Source of the DNA: Octopus sinensis
Lineage: Eukaryota
Assembly: GCF_006345805.1 (NCBI RefSeq)
Contig: NC_042999.1
Span: 137,888,001-137,952,000 of the forward strand
Reading direction: 5' to 3'
DNA length: 64,000 bases
Shown here: positions 1 through 14,800 of the stretch, one piece after another
How the letters are laid out: each line of letters opens with the position of its first letter
Numbering within the stretch: position 1 is the first letter of the stretch
Notes under the pieces: model-generated
The model's database searches: none
The model's input: the letters and a program-made list of their open reading frames with translations, nothing else
Told to the model about the DNA's origin: nothing
Position numbers and translations under genes: made by a program

Positions 1-36
1 CCCAGAAAGTGTTATGCTCATGTGTTCAGCAAGGTA

Positions 37-247
37 CCTTTAGTCTTTAAACCGGCCAAAATATTCTACCTATTTTATGTTCAAACTAGTCAGACAGTCA
101 TTCATAGCTACCTTATTGTGTCATTTTCAAAATAAGCAATCACATCATTGAAATCTCAAAGCCATGAAATGATGCAAGATTAATTTTATATGGTGTGAAT
201 ACATAAGCTTTACATTTGACAGAATAATCTGAATGCTAAAGGGTTAA
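37..247. mobile_element. piggyBac-type MITE
   Basis: Ends CCTTTAG.../...CTAAAGGG followed by TTAA; no coding capacity; related copy at 20051-20270. Confidence 0.6.
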
Positions 248-2269
248 GGGTAGAACATCATTTGTAGTAGGACTTGTAGTGATAACAATAAAACCAATTA
301 TATCTCAAAAGCAAGGTCACTGCAAATATAAATGTCAATATTTGACAGAAAATGAAATTTTCTGATCTTATCCAGTATAAACATTAATAACAATTACCAT
401 ATGCACATTATTTCTTAATCTCAACTCAATGGATTCATGATAGAATTAGATGGAAATATTCAATGCTGTGCTGCCATAAGCTTGAGGTAAATCCAGTTTC
501 AGTTGACAATTAAACTAATTGCTGGTAGGGAACTGAATTTCATTATGCAACAATACAACTGAGTATATTAATGCTTTTAAGTCAATGCTGTGTCCCAGTG
601 TTAGTGCAATTCGAATTTTTAAAGTTACTCTAGTGATTTAGTATAGAAATTGGAGCCAGCACTGAAAATTACATTTCATATAAATACAATGTAAACAACA
701 CAAGTGAAGATAGAAAAATAGGTGTATATGCATATTTCAATTCTTGTTAACACATTGCTTGAATAGCCACTAAAATTTGCATGACAATTGGATATACCAA
801 TTTTTAACATTCCTGGCAACTCGTATGTACATTAATTGCTGGTAGGGACACCTTAACACAGAGCATATTAGCATTAGGTTTATAAGTGAATACTGTGCCC
901 TACCTGTAGAGATAACTTTAAAGTGATTGAATCACACAGGTAACTGAAAAATCTAGCTTTAGAAAGTAATTAAGACCATAATTTGAAAACAATTATGCTT
1001 CAGATTACTGAATTCTTTGCATTGCCAAATTTTTTTTTACATTTATAAAACCAAATTTCTTAAAGGCAGTGCTCCAGCATGACTGCAGTCAAATAGCTGA
1101 AGAGAATAGAACAGCTGCACTGTCAAAATATTTTTTGATGGGATTTATCTCCAATCAGTAGGAAAGAGTGTAAGTTATGGGTTAGATAGAATTCCTCATT
1201 TGAAGCTGTTTTTACATCCAAGACAACGGAGGACAAAAATAGAGCCAGTGTTAGATAAGATACTATTTTTTACATTAAGCTAGTAGGTAGGAGCAACTCT
1301 CAATATTTTACTCCATTTAGTTCAAGTATTTCAATGCCCAAGTGTAAATTAAAATTCCTTCATCAGGTACATCTTTACTAATTTCCAATTGGAAAATTCA
1401 GGATCTTTATATCTTGTCAATATACAATTATGCAGACAAGCTTGGAATTTTGTCAGCCATATTTTGATTGCACTAAGAACTACAAAAATCGTGCCTTCCA
1501 GTTTAGTCCAATGATCAAAATTGCATATTGACAAGATTCTCGTAGCAAAGGAATCCAAACTGAATATCTGAATTTATGGGTATAAAAAATTTGTTTATGT
1601 TAATGCAAGAAAACTGTACCAGTTCGTGTCTGAATAAAGATTTGTAACCCCTGCACGAATTCACTGCAGTGACAAAGCAAAAATAAAAAATTGGAATTGT
1701 GGTCAAAGTGCAAAAATCATTAGACATGTTACAAAAGCCTTCAAAACTTTACACAATACAAATATAAAAGCCCCACTGGTTACATGCAGTCAGTTATGAA
1801 CCCACATTCCACTAACTGGCAAAATTACAAGTATGGGTCCAAGCATTGCTATGTGATGGGTTTCCTAAACCAACAATTCACTATTAGGCATATGCATGAC
1901 AAAGTGAAAGAATGACTAATGTTTCTAACACCCTCAATTGAAATCAATCTTTCAGCTCTGGCCTGCTGTACAGCTATGCAACTTCTACTTCATACCCTTT
2001 CAGTATAGGTAAGTGATATTTCCAATGCACCTAATTTAAAGTACTGCATGCAGTAAAAGAAAAAATTTTTTCTAATGTAGCACATTAAAATTAAAACCTA
2101 TCCACTTCTAATTCATTCACTATGAAACATTCTAAACTTGGATATTGCACCACTTTTACTCCATATCTGCCATATTTGTAAGGTAGCAAACGTCAAGATG
2201 TGAATTTTCACAACTGAGCTAATAATAATTTTATGACCTTTAATCTGAAAACCCTCTTCACACAACAGG

Positions 2270-2429
2270 ATCCTGGTCGTGAACACTACAGCTGTTGGAT
2301 GGAATACCTACTTAGCATTCAAAACGAAAGACACTGTTGAATCTAATGAATCCTGGTCGTGAATACTACAGCTGTTGGATGGAATACCTACTTAGCATTC
2401 AAGACGAAAGACTGTTGAATTTAATGAAT
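2270..2429. repeat. Two-copy 80-bp tandem repeat
   Basis: TCCTGGTCGTGAA starts at 2271 and again at 2351; the copies differ by a few substitutions and a 2-nt indel. Confidence 0.95.
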
Positions 2430-2751
2430 AAAGCTAATATAGAAAAATACCACGGTTGTTAGTTTTCATTGAGCACCAAAAATCACAAGAAAAATGAAAA
2501 TTCAAGACAAAAGCCAAATGTAGATTGAAATGGTTTTTTATTTCAGAATCCACTTACACAACAGATTTGAATCCATAGAAAATCCAGTCTTTCCGCCTGA
2601 ATTCCTTACGATGTAATTTAGACCTAAGCAACCATATAGGCCATGAAAGCAAAAGCTGCAGGAGGTTATCTCTTAAATTGAGAAATACATTAAGAAACAG
2701 AGCTGATATACTTTCCCTCCCCTGAAAAACATAGCTAAGATTAGCTAAACT

Positions 2752-4660
<1,909 letters not shown>

Positions 4661-5573
4661 TTAGAAGTGAACAGATGAAACTAAAAAAGAAAAAAGTTGA
4701 TACAATAGAATGGTTATAGAAACTACAAAATCCAAAATAAAGCAAGATAAACGACTATAACCTGAATTCAATTGCAAAATCTAGCGGTACTGTAGCTGTG
4801 AAACGTTCTCCCGGATGAAAATTAAACACTCGCTAATATCTAAGAACCGTTGTACTAGTACTATTCAACATTTTATAAAAAGTGTTATATGCACGGGAAT
4901 GCAAGAGGAAACACGGAAATGCAAAAGCACTTTAATCAATAGACGTAATGACGGCAAATCACATATTAAGGAATCGGTGCTTTCAAAATGATACTAGAAC
5001 CGTGATCATTGACAAATATATTCCATACCAAATACAAAAATGTTACACGAAGTGATTCAGACACCCGGTAAGGATAAGATTCTTTATATCTACGAAGTAT
5101 AGGAAGAAACCACCACAGTAAGATATAGTTACATGCGCATTAACACTAACTTATACCACGTGGTCTATAGACATAGATGTGTATGTATGCGTAGCCATTT
5201 TTAGAACATTGAATATGCAGTCTTTTAAACATTCAAATATAGATTATCGACATAAAGACGAAATATACACATTTTCTAAATTATGTTGTGTAAATACAAG
5301 CGATACGGAATAATAATATAGAATAAATATGACAGCCGACCTTCCTAAATGGTGTACAATAATTTTTTTTTCTTCTTCATGAATAGTGTCTCTGCGATAA
5401 TAGTTTTCCGTAATTACAAAAAAAATACTCGAAAATATACTTATCGACACGAAATATTTTGTCGGTAGATAGTAATATACCTGTAGTACAGGTGAAAAGT
5501 CATAGAAAATACGGATGGCATTAATTTACGCAGATTTTATGAGATAACTTTAAACATAATTTTTAGTACCTAC

Positions 5574-5662
5574 CTCTGAGAGCCGATTGCAGTGAAAAGG
5601 GCTGAGTATGGAGATCACGTGATATATATACCACAAGGGGGAGGAACGTGGAATTGACGTCA
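5574..5662 (-). promoter_or_regulatory. eEF1A core promoter and 5'TOP first exon
   Basis: Minus strand reads TATATATA (5630-5623), then ~25-30 nt later CCCTTTTC (5601-5594, TOP-like start), then donor AG|GTAGGT at 5574/5573. E-box CACGTG at 5616-5621 and CRE palindrome TGACGTCA at 5655-5662. Confidence 0.8.
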
Positions 5663-5876
5663 TAACTTTCCTTCCCATAATGTTAATTAATTTCCGGTAG
5701 GGAAATAAGAAGTTAATAAAATCATTTTTATAATTAAATTTAAAATCTATAGTCTTAATATTTAAAATTAAGTATTAAACATTTTTTGAAGCTATTATTT
5801 TTTTGTATTTGACTTGACAATTGAAAATTGTTTATCTACTGAAATTCTACATGGACTTTCTTTTCATGTATTCAAG

Positions 5877-8800
5877 ATGGCATCTCTTAAAATTGGAATA
5901 AATTGTCTGTCTGCCAGAATTTGTGGTTATGGGGTAAGCAAAGTTTCGTAATAAAATATTTCCTACCTAATTTTAGTTTAAATATTTATTTCGATTGCTG
6001 AAGAAGTCGTTAAAATTTTGTAGTTTACCCTAAGCTTTTCTGAGGTTGCTGTTTGTAAAAAAAAAAACTTCTTGCTAATATTAAGGATAACCAAATACTT
6101 ATTATCGGTGGTTTAGTGGACATTATGTTAAACCTGTTTAAATTTAACTCGCCGAAATCCTACTTTATTCATAAAAAAATATAACCTGTTCCACATTATT
6201 ACAAAAAAGAAATATACTCGTAATTTTGTGAGTGATATATCATCCATCTAAATTAAAGGTTTATACTGTTAGCATAATTGCTCATAAATTAATGACCTTC
6301 AACAATAAATATCTAGGGTGTATTTCTTTTATTTTAAAGTTGATGTATTAACGATTAAAAAGACCAAAAGCTGCAATATAATTGTAGCAATGAGTTTATA
6401 TTTATATACAACACTAATGACAGCAGGCCTTGTTATACTGGAAGGTTTCCTGTAATACTATAAGAACAAAATCTAGGACTATTAAATGTTTCATTTGCAA
6501 TGATGCGTCTTTATTTTCATATCTAACACTTATTGAATTGTAAATAAATTTCCGGAGGTAATAAAAAAATTGTTGGAATTTATATTACACGATTACAAGA
6601 AATGTTTAATATATCCCCTAATCGGTCTAGTTATTCAGAATATTTCTTTGGGAAGTTGAGTCACCCACGTAGTTTCTTTTCAAACAAGTTATCAAACCTG
6701 GCCAATCCTTAAAAGATAATCTTTATATTGCAATTTACGTATTATGTGAAAACCTATAGCTTTATTGCCCAGCCAAACCAAATAAGCATAGTCAAAGACG
6801 TTCTAATTGTGACCAACCTGTCCTAATTTCGGACTATATAGGACGACATTATCTGTTGTGCTTCATTTTTTTTTTAGATAGTAGGGGTGTAATTTGGGGG
6901 TAAATTTGGTGCTATAAAGTCGAGTGACCACATTGAGGTTCTAAAATTGACACTATGCTTGGCTTCGTGAATTGCATGTGAATTTTTTTTCTAACAGTTA
7001 CAAAAGCTTGGTTAACACTAACTTTCAGTCTAATTACCTTTTAGTCAGTTTTACTAATATTCTTCCCCTCTTGCTTGTGCTTAGATAATTCCTGGAGTTG
7101 TCTCTTCCATGACGCAATATTCTTAATTGTAGTTATTTATTCAGCCAATTCCTATTGTTGGTTCTTTTATTTCAAGTGTCCATCAGAATATAATATTCGT
7201 GTAATCTTTTCAAGTTTTATTGTACATACTTCGACAGCAAAAGACTAATGGATGCTATTAGTAATTTCTAAGTCCCAGTCTTAGGTGACGTGATAGTTCT
7301 AATAGTACTGATAATTAAAAAAGAATGTTTTTCAATATATATGACGAACGAGAGCTTTTAATATCACCGGCTGATGATTATTCTTCATTGAAGTTGAAGC
7401 TAATGTCTAATTTATGTCAACCATCTATTTTCTCATTTGGTATATAGAGACACATTTAATTTTTTTATTTAGTCCTTAATTTCTTAAGCCCAATGTGTTT
7501 AAATTCTCACTTCATATTGAACAGCTAACTTCCTCTCAACTTTAGTTTGGGTTTTTATGATTTTGCTGCCAAGAAATGTTCCATATTTTAGTCACCTTTC
7601 ACTTGCAAACTGTTTCTTTTACGGAGAGGTAGTGGGGGGGGGGGGGTCAGGAGCAGTTCTTCAAGTTTCTACCTGTTATAAACTGTTTACCTTTACTGTT
7701 ATATATTATTCGTGAAACTGTTGCTTGATTCTTATGGAATTTGAATTTTATAGAAATATCGAATCTAATATTTCTGAAAAACCGTTAATTTTTTTAGAAA
7801 TTACAATCGAACATATTGATTTTCATACGCGACGTATGAATTAGTAGTATTAGTGTGATATATTTTAATTATGGTGAGTCCCAGACCCCTCCGTAAATAT
7901 TTGAATATCTTTTTATTCTTTAAGTGAAATGTGTACTTTTGTTTTCTTGGAGACTTCATATCTGTAAAGTTTATTGAAGTTTTATTAACTGCATTTAGAT
8001 AAAAATTGTGTTTGAAGGAAATTTCTCGCCGAATTAAGACGTCACTACTGAAGTCGTGTATGCTGAGTTTAATGCACCATTCATTTACCAAAGAACGTGG
8101 AACTCTCTTAACAGCTGTCATATATAGTTATTTTAGTTTAGAATTTTAGGTATTATTATTCTACATTTTATTGACTCATATCTTAATATAGTTTTATAAA
8201 ATCCTTGCTCTGACAAATACCGAGCATTCGATTGAATTTCAAAATTTGGACGTTCTCAATCTTTTAATTCGTTAGTCTTCAAAAGTAACACATTCAAGGT
8301 TGCAGAACATTTCATTACAATTCTTTGGGAAATTAATAATTACATGTAAAGGACACATTAAACTGGAGTGTGTTTAGTAATTAAAGCAAACTTTTTGTGC
8401 ATATCTATCTATTGCATACAACTCAGAAAGAATTATAACAGAGAAAATTTGGCTATTGTCTACATTTGGAATTCACCGGTTTGATATAATGGAATCAACT
8501 CTTATCACAAATTTGGTTCTCTGTTTGGCTTGTTACTTAATCTATAGTACTTACATCACGATAAAATGTGTTTGATTTTAAGCTAAATATATTCGACATT
8601 CTAGTCGAGCTTTAATTTAAATGACAGTTGTTTGAGGATCAAATCATTAGTTCTTTGGGTACTTATTTCCCTTTGTGGGATCCTTCACAAAGTATATTTT
8701 GCCAAGTAATTTGGGGGTCTGCAAAGATGTACTACTGTCATATCTAGGACAGTGCTGTTGCTACGCAGAGAAGTACAGTGACTATGACCCATTATAGGGC

Positions 8801-11800
8801 CTTTTAGACTTCTCGGAGGGAGAAAAGTTTCCTTCAAATTAGGGACCTGGCACAAATACTTATAGAATAGACTGCTAAAGGTACCCAAGGTGATATTAGA
8901 CTGGGTGGTAGATTAAATGCCACTGTGGCATTTCAACATGAAGAGTTGGAGCAAATACTTGGACCGTATCCAAAGGAAAACAACCCGGTTGATGCTAATC
9001 AGCTGGGTTGCTTTTCTTCGCTTATAGTCTTGTTCCTCACCAACAAACTCCATTCTCAGGCTCACTTATGTGCTGTCTTCTTTCTTTACCACCCCATTGC
9101 AGTGATTTCTACAACATATTGTCCACCACATCTGCCACTACGCTTAGTCTTTCTCCCCAGGCCATCAACACCCTGAATCCCTCTTTGTCCTTTTTCTTCT
9201 TGCAGCTATCAGTTTGCAACTATTTGAGAATATTAACTCCTCTGATCTTACCGCATAGCTCCTTTCTTCAGACCACTAATTTTGTTTTACTTATAAGATG
9301 AAAAGTTGTAGTACTCCCTTTCTGATTATTGGCCAGTGTACTTGACATATGTCATCCACCAGACCCTCAAAACACAAATTGCTTAATCCTTTTTAATAAT
9401 GCCCCACCCTTCAGTATCATAACTTTTGTCTCCTTGCTTTACTGTATAAAGATGGGTGGGAGGTGATGGTCAAATCAAAAGAAACCTGTCAATAAAAGAA
9501 GATAGATGGATACAAGAACAATACCATATAAAAATATTTGATAAGAAGTTTACATCTGAAATTTAGTAAAAGACTTGCTTGAATTATTTTGTGACAATCT
9601 GAAGAACAAAGTGTATTCTGACAGTGTAACACTGGGGGAATCATCATCATCGTCGTTTAACGTCCTCTTTCCATGCTGGCATGGGTTGGGTGGTTTGACT
9701 GAGGGGTGGCAAGCCAGAAGGCTGCACCAGGCTCCAATCTAATCTGGCAATGTTTCTACAGCTGGATGCCCTCCCTAACACCAACAACTCCGAGAGTATA
9801 TTGGGTGCTTTTTACGTGCCACCGGCACGAGGGCCAGTTAGACAGTACTGGCATCGGCCACGCTCAAATGGTGCTTTTTACATGTCACCAGCACAAGAGC
9901 CAGTCAAGCGGCACTGACTACACTTGAATGGTGCTGGAGTCCCTGAAATTTGAAGACGCAGAAAATGTGACTGTATAGTCTCTAGGATCATATTTGTATG
10001 CAGGAAAATAATGTTACATTGTAATATATATATATGTAATGATAATAAATTTCGAGATACTTTTGCAATATGGTAAGTTAGTGGAGTTGATGTTTTAAAT
10101 TACATGTTCTCTATAAATCAAAAAGATTTGAAAATCTTGCTAGTATGCCTTAGATCTCTCTCACACACACACATGGCAAAAAAGAGAAAATATAATCAAG
10201 ATGGTGACAAGAATATATAGGTAGTGAGTAGATTGGATAACTTCTAAAAGAATTGGAAAATATTTCCAGAGATAATATCATCAAAATATTTTAAGATCTA
10301 AATGTGATGAATTATAATTGAAAAGGTTTCTTGCATATGCAAGGAATTGCTCCACTTTTACTCTGGTTGGTTGTTTGGAATTACAAACAGACCTAGGAAT
10401 TATTGTGTCAATTGCATTGGTCTCAGCAATTTACCAATGCTAATTGGTCCAATAGAGTTGGTATGAAATGCTTTTAAGGTTAAAGGCAAATACCATATAG
10501 TAGAAGTAAGCTCTGAGTTGAACCCACTATCTGATTTCAGTTTTATTTGTAAGGTTTTCACATTGCTTACGAAATATTGTGCTTACACAAGAAATAATTT
10601 GTAAATATTGGCTCACTGTCACAAAAATAAGATGTGAAGTTAATTGAATCAATCCAAAAGGATGAAAGACAATGTTGACCTTTATCATGCTGGTATAAGT
10701 TAGACAGTTTCACTGGAGCTGCACCAGGTTCCAGTCTAATTTGGCATGGTTTCTATGGCTGGATGCCCTTCCTAATGCCAACCTCTCCAAGAGTGTAATG
10801 GGTCCTTTTGACACTGGCATCAGCCACAAGTACAGTTTCACTAGGCTTGATGAGTCTTCTCAATTGCCAAAGGTCTCAGTTACTTGTCATTGCTTCCATG
10901 AGGCTCAATCTTCGAAGGGATCTTTTTATGTAACACCAACATTGGCCATGACTACAGTTTCTCTTGGCTTGACAAGTCTTCCCAAGCACAGCATATCACC
11001 AAAGTCCTCAGTCACTTATCGCCTCTGTGAGGCCTAGTGTTCAAAGATTATGCTTGACCACCTCGTCCCATGTCTTCCTGGGTCTACCTCTTCCACAGGT
11101 TCCCTCCACAGTTAGAAATCAGCACATTTTTACATAGCTGTCCTTGTCCATGTGCATCACATGACCATACCAGCACAGTTGTCTCTCTTGCACACATCTG
11201 ATGCCTGTTATGCCCAACTTTTCTCTCAAGACTCTCACACTGTTGTGCATGCACACTGATATTGCATACTAGCTTCATCACTTTCAAGCTTATGCATGTT
11301 TTTTGTGGTCACAGCTCATGTTTCACTGCTGTATAGCATGGCTGTTCACACAGGCATCATAATCTTTTCACTCTGAGGGAGAGGCCCTTTACCAACAAAG
11401 GTAGGAGCACTGAACTTTGCCCAGCCTATTCTTATTCTAGCAGGTATGCTCTTGGAGCATCCACCTCCACAACTGATTTGGTCACCTAGATAACAGAAGT
11501 TATCAGCTACCTTTAGCTTTTCCCCTGGCATTTGATGGAGTCTATTTTCTGTACATTTTTAGTGTTTATTGTACCTGCACACCTTCCACACAAAAACTAT
11601 TTTCCTTGTTAACCTTCCTCTGATATTGCTGCACCTCTTATGTGTCCATAGCTTACACCAGGTACATCTTATGGAGTTTCTACCTATGCTTTTTCTACAG
11701 ATTGAGCTGGGCCATCTACCTGAAGGAATTTGTGATTTGTCAGCTTTCTGACTTACTAAGACTTTAACTTTTGCTAGAATAACCCTAAGGCTCTTTGATT

Positions 11801-14800
11801 CCAGACCTTGCTTCCGTACCTGAAATTTCTTCTCAAGTTCTGGAAGTGAGTTGCTGTAAAAATAAAACTCTCTCACATTTAAATATAAAATAGTTCATCA
11901 GTTTTGAAGACCGTTAAAATGTAGTAAATAATCTTAAAAGCAACTTTTGCATGTAAGAGTTTTTAAAATGGCTACTGTTTCAGTCCTTGGGGAACCCGCT
12001 GACAAGCTTGCAAACTGAAGCAAGCTTTGTCCATAGACACAATTTTATAAATGTGGTATATATAGTAAAGTTTGAATTCTTGATATAATATAAACAGTTC
12101 AGTAGAATTATTTTACCTCACTCTCATATCATTTTTAAGAATGGGTATTTTTTTCTCACTAGGACCCTTTCTTTTACTATTGTTGTATGGTAAACAGTTA
12201 TAATCATCCAACAGCATGACACAACATTGAACTTGAACAGCCTTACAACAATTTGTCTCTGGTTTTTTTTTTCTTTTTTTTTTTTCTTCTAAGTGGCACA
12301 AAGCTGAATTGTTTCCATTTAACAAAACTTAAGTCTAATCTGTGAAAGGAACAAGAATATGACTAAATTGTCATCAGTGTAATACTGGCACTTATTTTAT
12401 TAATTACCAAAAGACTAAAGGTTAAATTTGAACTTGGAATTGAGAGAAATACAGTTAAACACTGTAATACATTTAGTTCAGTTCTAAGCTTATACCACTT
12501 ATATCCTTTGACGCCTTTTCACCTGTCACTCTTATACTCATCATATATCCACACTATCTCAGTCTTCTCTTGCACACTGCGACTGATTCCTTTGGTGCCC
12601 AGTTTTGTTTTTAGTACACCTGTGATCCATTCAAACTTATCATATTACACATCATTTTGCTGCACATGCTCTTGTCTCATTATCATGCAGCATTGACACA
12701 AGTATTCTATGATCTGCATTTCATTCAGTACCAGTGGTAATATTTCTCTTAAATTTTTCCACTCAGTTTTACTCTGGCTACTATGCTTTCACCACCACTG
12801 CTGACGAGTGATTGCCTAAAAAATTCCTGATTAAGACTCTTAGATTGGACTTTACATATTTCACCTTACAGACCATGTCATTTAAGTTCCAGCTACATGG
12901 AAAAACAGTGTACGGTATGTTCATCTCAAGCATGATAACATTGGAAAATGTATTCTAAACTAATAATGATTGGAAAGGTAACAATGACAGCTTTCATAAA
13001 CCCACAAAAGGCTGCTGGCTTTTGACTTACAATTGATAGCTACTAATGGATGAGCATACTATTGCTAAGCTGTTAAAAGGAACCCCAGGTCTGTTATGTG
13101 CATGTGACATTTTCAAAATTTCAGAAAACACCAAAATCAATACATGGGCATATCATATTTTTCCATTTTCATTTTCATAAAAAGAATCTTTTCTGTGATA
13201 TCTGAAATTTTAGGGATATACTACAATGCTCTTCCATCTATCTGGTAGACTTGCAAGGCCCCTCTTCCAAAATCCAATTGCTGGTGATGACAAATACTCC
13301 TCCAGTACTGTTCTGACCTCATCTAAAGAATTCATATTTTTTTCTGTCCAAATGATATTGAAAACTGCTGAATAAATGATAATCAGATGAGGCAATGTCG
13401 GGTGAATATAGTGGGTGGGGCATCGTTTCCCATTCAGACTGCTCCAGCCTTTGGAATGTCACCCTCGCGGTATGTGATCGAGCATCATCCTGATGGAAGA
13501 ACACCTTTCATCTTGAAACCAAAGATGGTTGTTTTTCTTCTAGTGCTGGTGTCGATGAATGGTTGAATGACTAAATCCAAGCTTCTCTGCTAGTTTCTGA
13601 ACAGTTACGAGGGGATTTTGTTCCACCAGGACATATAGGACATCCTCGACTAGCTCTACATATCTTCTAGGATGAGGCTCGCCTCCTAGGCTGTAGTGTC
13701 TGGCTTGGGATTTCTAGAACCACCGTTGACACTGGTTCATGCTTATTGTCTGATCCCCATATACTGTATTAATATTCCTCACACTTTCCATTGTGTTGTT
13801 GCCTTATTGAACTCATAAAGCTGAATATGCTCCTTTGTCACTTACATTATAGCTTTGAAAAAATAACTGTTAAAATTGAACTGCACTCTTCAAAACTTGC
13901 ACTGAGAATAAATTGATTTTTTTAATTTCCCACAAGGGGACAACATAGAAAGGACAACACAATCTGATTTGGGGTCAGATGAATGAATGGTTATAACATA
14001 AATATGGGGCTGAAAATTCACAAAATAAGAAAATATTAAGAAATCGAATGCTAGGACAGACTGGAAGACATTACGGATGGAATGGGGAGGCAGGTTTAAT
14101 TTGGACCCCACGAGCCCCACCTCGCCACTGATACCTGAGATACATCCTGTGTCGCATTCATGAGGTTACATTCACAAGCAACATCTGTGCTACATTCTTC
14201 CATCGATTTTCAAACATTTTCTCTCTAGCCCTATTTTCCTTTTAAGGTAAAAAGATGAAGTAATTCACCAATTCAGGGGCAGAGATGAAGGTGCCTGACT
14301 TTAACCCTTTCAGCCTTGTCTTCCAAATCACCTCTCTCACAATTGCTACTACAATGAGAAAACAATTTTTACCTTCTTGCGAAAGGAAATCAGGCGGGTC
14401 AATTTTTACTTTAGACTCAGTCGATATTTGTACTCTTCTTGCACTTGACAATGGTTGTTCAGCATAAACCCACACGTTTGACACCTCAGAACAATAGCAT
14501 TCAGGATGGTTTCCCTATCTCACTCACATCTTGGACAGGCCAAAGGGCCGTGGCCACCATGCCTTGTGAGCTTGTCCCGAACAGGTAAGGCTCCTCAGTA
14601 ACACTGCCATGCCAGAGACTTCTGAAAGTTGTCCATGGTCTTCAGAACAAACTGGCCAGCTTATTATCGTCAAGACCTAGGGTTTCCCCTAAGGTATCAT
14701 CACATTCTGCCTCTACCAGCCCTCTATAAAAGAATGCGGTGGAACCTCCACTGCAGGCATTGCCCAAGTGACGGAATAGCAGGAGAGCCTTGCGACACTC

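Noticed and set aside
1349-1727. Two minus-strand ORFs downstream of eEF1A
   Set aside because: Start at non-ATG or weak codons, no homology recognised, no exon signals.
4681-5573. snoRNA in eEF1A intron 1
   Set aside because: No RTGATGA/CTGA pair with a terminal stem found on the sense strand; H/ACA could not be supported by eye.
8685-9010. GC-richer coding-like stretch in MRPS14 intron 1
   Set aside because: Stops in all frames; only faint resemblance to a LINE C-terminus, too weak to name.
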